Origin: Lama glama
Taxonomy: Eukaryota
Reading direction: 5' to 3'
DNA: 64,000 nucleotides
Assembly (NCBI GenBank): GCA_028534125.1
Contig: CM052817.1
Location: 94,924,001 to 94,988,000 of the forward strand
How positions within the stretch are numbered: position 1 is the stretch's first letter; each line of letters starts with the position of its first letter. A program made the translations under genes and the position numbers. This document shows, piece by piece, positions 61,601-64,000 of this stretch. Below the pieces are notes generated by a model. The model saw only the letters and a list, made by a program, of their open reading frames with translations, had not been told where the DNA came from and ran no database searches.

Positions 61601-62890
61601 GGCTAAAGATTATCAACGCCTAATGTGAGGGAGACAGACTGGACTGTCTGTCTGGACTGGACTGGACTGGACAAGAGGGGATCAGGAGAGCCGGGCCTGT
61701 AGCCAGAGTCCGGTGTCCCAGCCAGTCAGGCTGGGCGGAGCGGGACTGCCATGGGGGGACACTAAGAAACTAAGCCAGAAGCTTTAACTCAGGAAAGTGC
61801 CTGACAGCGCTGCATAGTCAGTCAAAATCAATTCACTGATTTGAAAACATTAGGCCAAGATTAGAAATTCAAGGACAAATCTCTCAAAGGGAGTTAACGA
61901 AAGAGAAGACTTGAAATGAGGGGGAGGATTCAAGGGCAGTGACAATATGGAGCTCAGGTCCGTGGCAGTGAGCATCCTGGGAGCTCTCAAAGGGCAGCCC
62001 CAGAACAGAGAGAGAATGACAGAACTGAAGTAAGAGGAAAGAGAGAGGGGAGAATTTACGACCACCCTTGGTTTTTCTAGTCTAAGACACTGAGTGGAGA
62101 CTGCTGTTATCTGCTGGATTCTGGAACACAAAAGGAGAGAGAGTTTCAGAGAGAAGATGGTTTGGTTTTTAGCTGGAGCCATCTAGATAGACATGCCTAG
62201 TAGAGAACTGAATATCAAGCTATAAAGCTCCTCCTTTGTGCCTTTTACGTTGCTTTCGCATCTGGAACCACCCCATCTCTCCTCCCTTACCTCGCCTAAG
62301 TCTTACATTTTCATGATCATTTACACTTCCATGTTGCCTTTCTTCCCTGAGCTGCAGGCATTTAGAATTAGCACACCTCAATTAACATCATCATTTCTGT
62401 TATCCACACTCCCCTCCCCGACACACACATTAATCTTGTGCCCTACGCTGAACTCTAAACTGCATGAGGACAAGACCTTATATGTCTTTAATATCTCCTA
62501 TGGAACGTAGCGTACTGATAGGCAGAAACTTAAATTTAAAAAGTTAAAAATGAGTTAAAAAAAAGAACTAAAAATGCATCGGATGATTAACCACCTCAGT
62601 GAAGAATAATAATTAATGACTATTATCCTAAGTAATGAAGGGGCATCATGTAAAAATCATTTAATAAAGGAATTTCTATTTATTTGGAGAGTGCATCTTG
62701 TAAATTTTCTTTAAAATAGAACTTTTTCTTTTTTTTACCTTTTCAACATTTAAGATAATTCTTATTTTTTAAGCACTTATCTATTGGTGTGTATCATCAT
62801 GACTGCATCTTTGTTCAATAAACATCTTTAACATTTTAAGCAGGCAGATGAATGTCAAATTGGCTTAAAAATTAGGCCATTAAAAATTAA

Positions 62891-63254
62891 AGGATATTAT
62901 GCTAAGTGAAATAAGTCAGAAAAAGACAAATTCTATAGGACATCACTTATGTGTGGAATCTAAAAAATACAAAAAAACTAGTGAATATAATTAAAAAAAA
63001 GAAGCAGACTCACAGATATAGAGAACAAACTAGTTATTAGTTGGGAGAGGGAAAGGGGCCAATATAGAGGTAGGGGATTAAGAGGTACAAACAATTAGGT
63101 ATAAAATAAGCTACAGGGATGTGCTGTACAACATGGGGAATACAGCCAATATTCTATAATTGCTATAAGTGGAGTATAATCCTTAAAAACCGTGAATCAG
63201 TACACTGTACACGTGTAACTTACATAATATTGTACAACAACTACAATAATAAAA
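62891..63254 (+). mobile_element. L1MA-like 3' end
   Basis: attatgctaagtgaaataagtcaga...gaagcagactcacagatatagagaacaaactag...ggtataaaataagctac; degenerate TSD aattaggccattaaaaattaa / agttaggctgtaacaatcaa. Confidence 0.85.
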
Positions 63255-64000
63255 GTTAGGCTGTAACAATCAAGAACACAGCATTCACAGTTTAGATAGT
63301 CAATTATTTCCATGGTTTCTTTCCAAGAAGACACCAGTCAAAAAAAAAAAATGTCACAAATATCAAAACACCAAGAAATGCTAAGTATTTTCTAAAGACG
63401 TCATTATGATTCTTTATGTACTTTACATCAAGTCATTGCCCTGTTTATAAGAAGACAAGCGAAGGTGCAGTTGGCTAAGCTCAAACTAACACTTTTTTAT
63501 TTTGGAGGCAAGAATAGAAGACAAGTCTCTGACTTTCAGACCAGAGCTCTAAGACCAACTAAGTATAAACTCCTAACCAGCTGCTGGGTCCCAGTAGGGC
63601 AGGAATAAACGGTAGAGTTGGGGCAGCTAAAATTAAAGGGAACGTTTTAAAATCTGTAGTTCCTTTTTTAAAGGTAGGCTTTGAAAAACTTCATTTTGTG
63701 AGGTATTCAATGGGGACCTGGAAAACTGCTCTTAGCATTTTAACATAAATTAAAAATCATTTAAGCAGACCTCTATTCAGCTCTTGCCAACTGCACATTT
63801 ATTTTTCTGGTCAAGGAGGCTTTGCTGTTGCAAACGAAAGGGAAATGAAGGCATTAGAGCTTGGGTATATCAGTTAAAGGAAAAAAAAGAAAGTGAATGT
63901 GGATGTTGGATTAACTTCTCTCATAGTCACAATTCCATTTATCTGGGCAAGAAATTCACCCTCTTCCCCCCACCCACCCCAGTGCTCTTGAAAACATTCT

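Noticed and set aside
62060..62068. GLI 8/9 match GACCACCCT (also 7770, 40621)
   Set aside because: One-mismatch 9-mers are expected many times by chance, and some lie within repeats.
1..64000. CRISPR arrays, operons, defence systems, intact retroviral or transposase genes
   Set aside because: Eukaryotic intron/intergenic DNA; no spaced direct-repeat array and no long intact ORF seen.

Overview
Mammalian nuclear DNA, AT-rich and repeat-dense, most likely camelid (six Vic-1-type tRNA-derived SINEs plus cetartiodactyl-type L1 3' ends). The only recognisable gene is the 3' end of HHIP (hedgehog-interacting protein) on the + strand. Its penultimate coding exon is 3541-3689 (EGF1) and its last coding exon is 6166-6359 (EGF2 plus C-terminal helix). 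A probable ~7 kb 3' UTR follows, ending near 13.2 kb. The remaining ~50 kb is intergenic: L1, L2, MIR, MLT1/ERVL/ERV1 LTRs and hAT MER elements, with several nested insertions and some repeat-free enhancer-like blocks. Almost all other ORFs in the track are spurious or L1 relics. I see no convincing new multi-gene system. The best leads are: (1) an extreme GC3/CpG patch confined to the penultimate HHIP exon, a possible GC-biased gene conversion scar; (2) a ~100 bp templated inverted duplication inside an old L1; (3) a twin-primed inverted L1; (4) a sense SINE carrying poly(A) signals inside the HHIP 3' UTR; (5) candidate GLI/SOX/TCF/CTCF sites. Repeat names are from recall of consensus sequences, not from a database search, and repeat boundaries are approximate.
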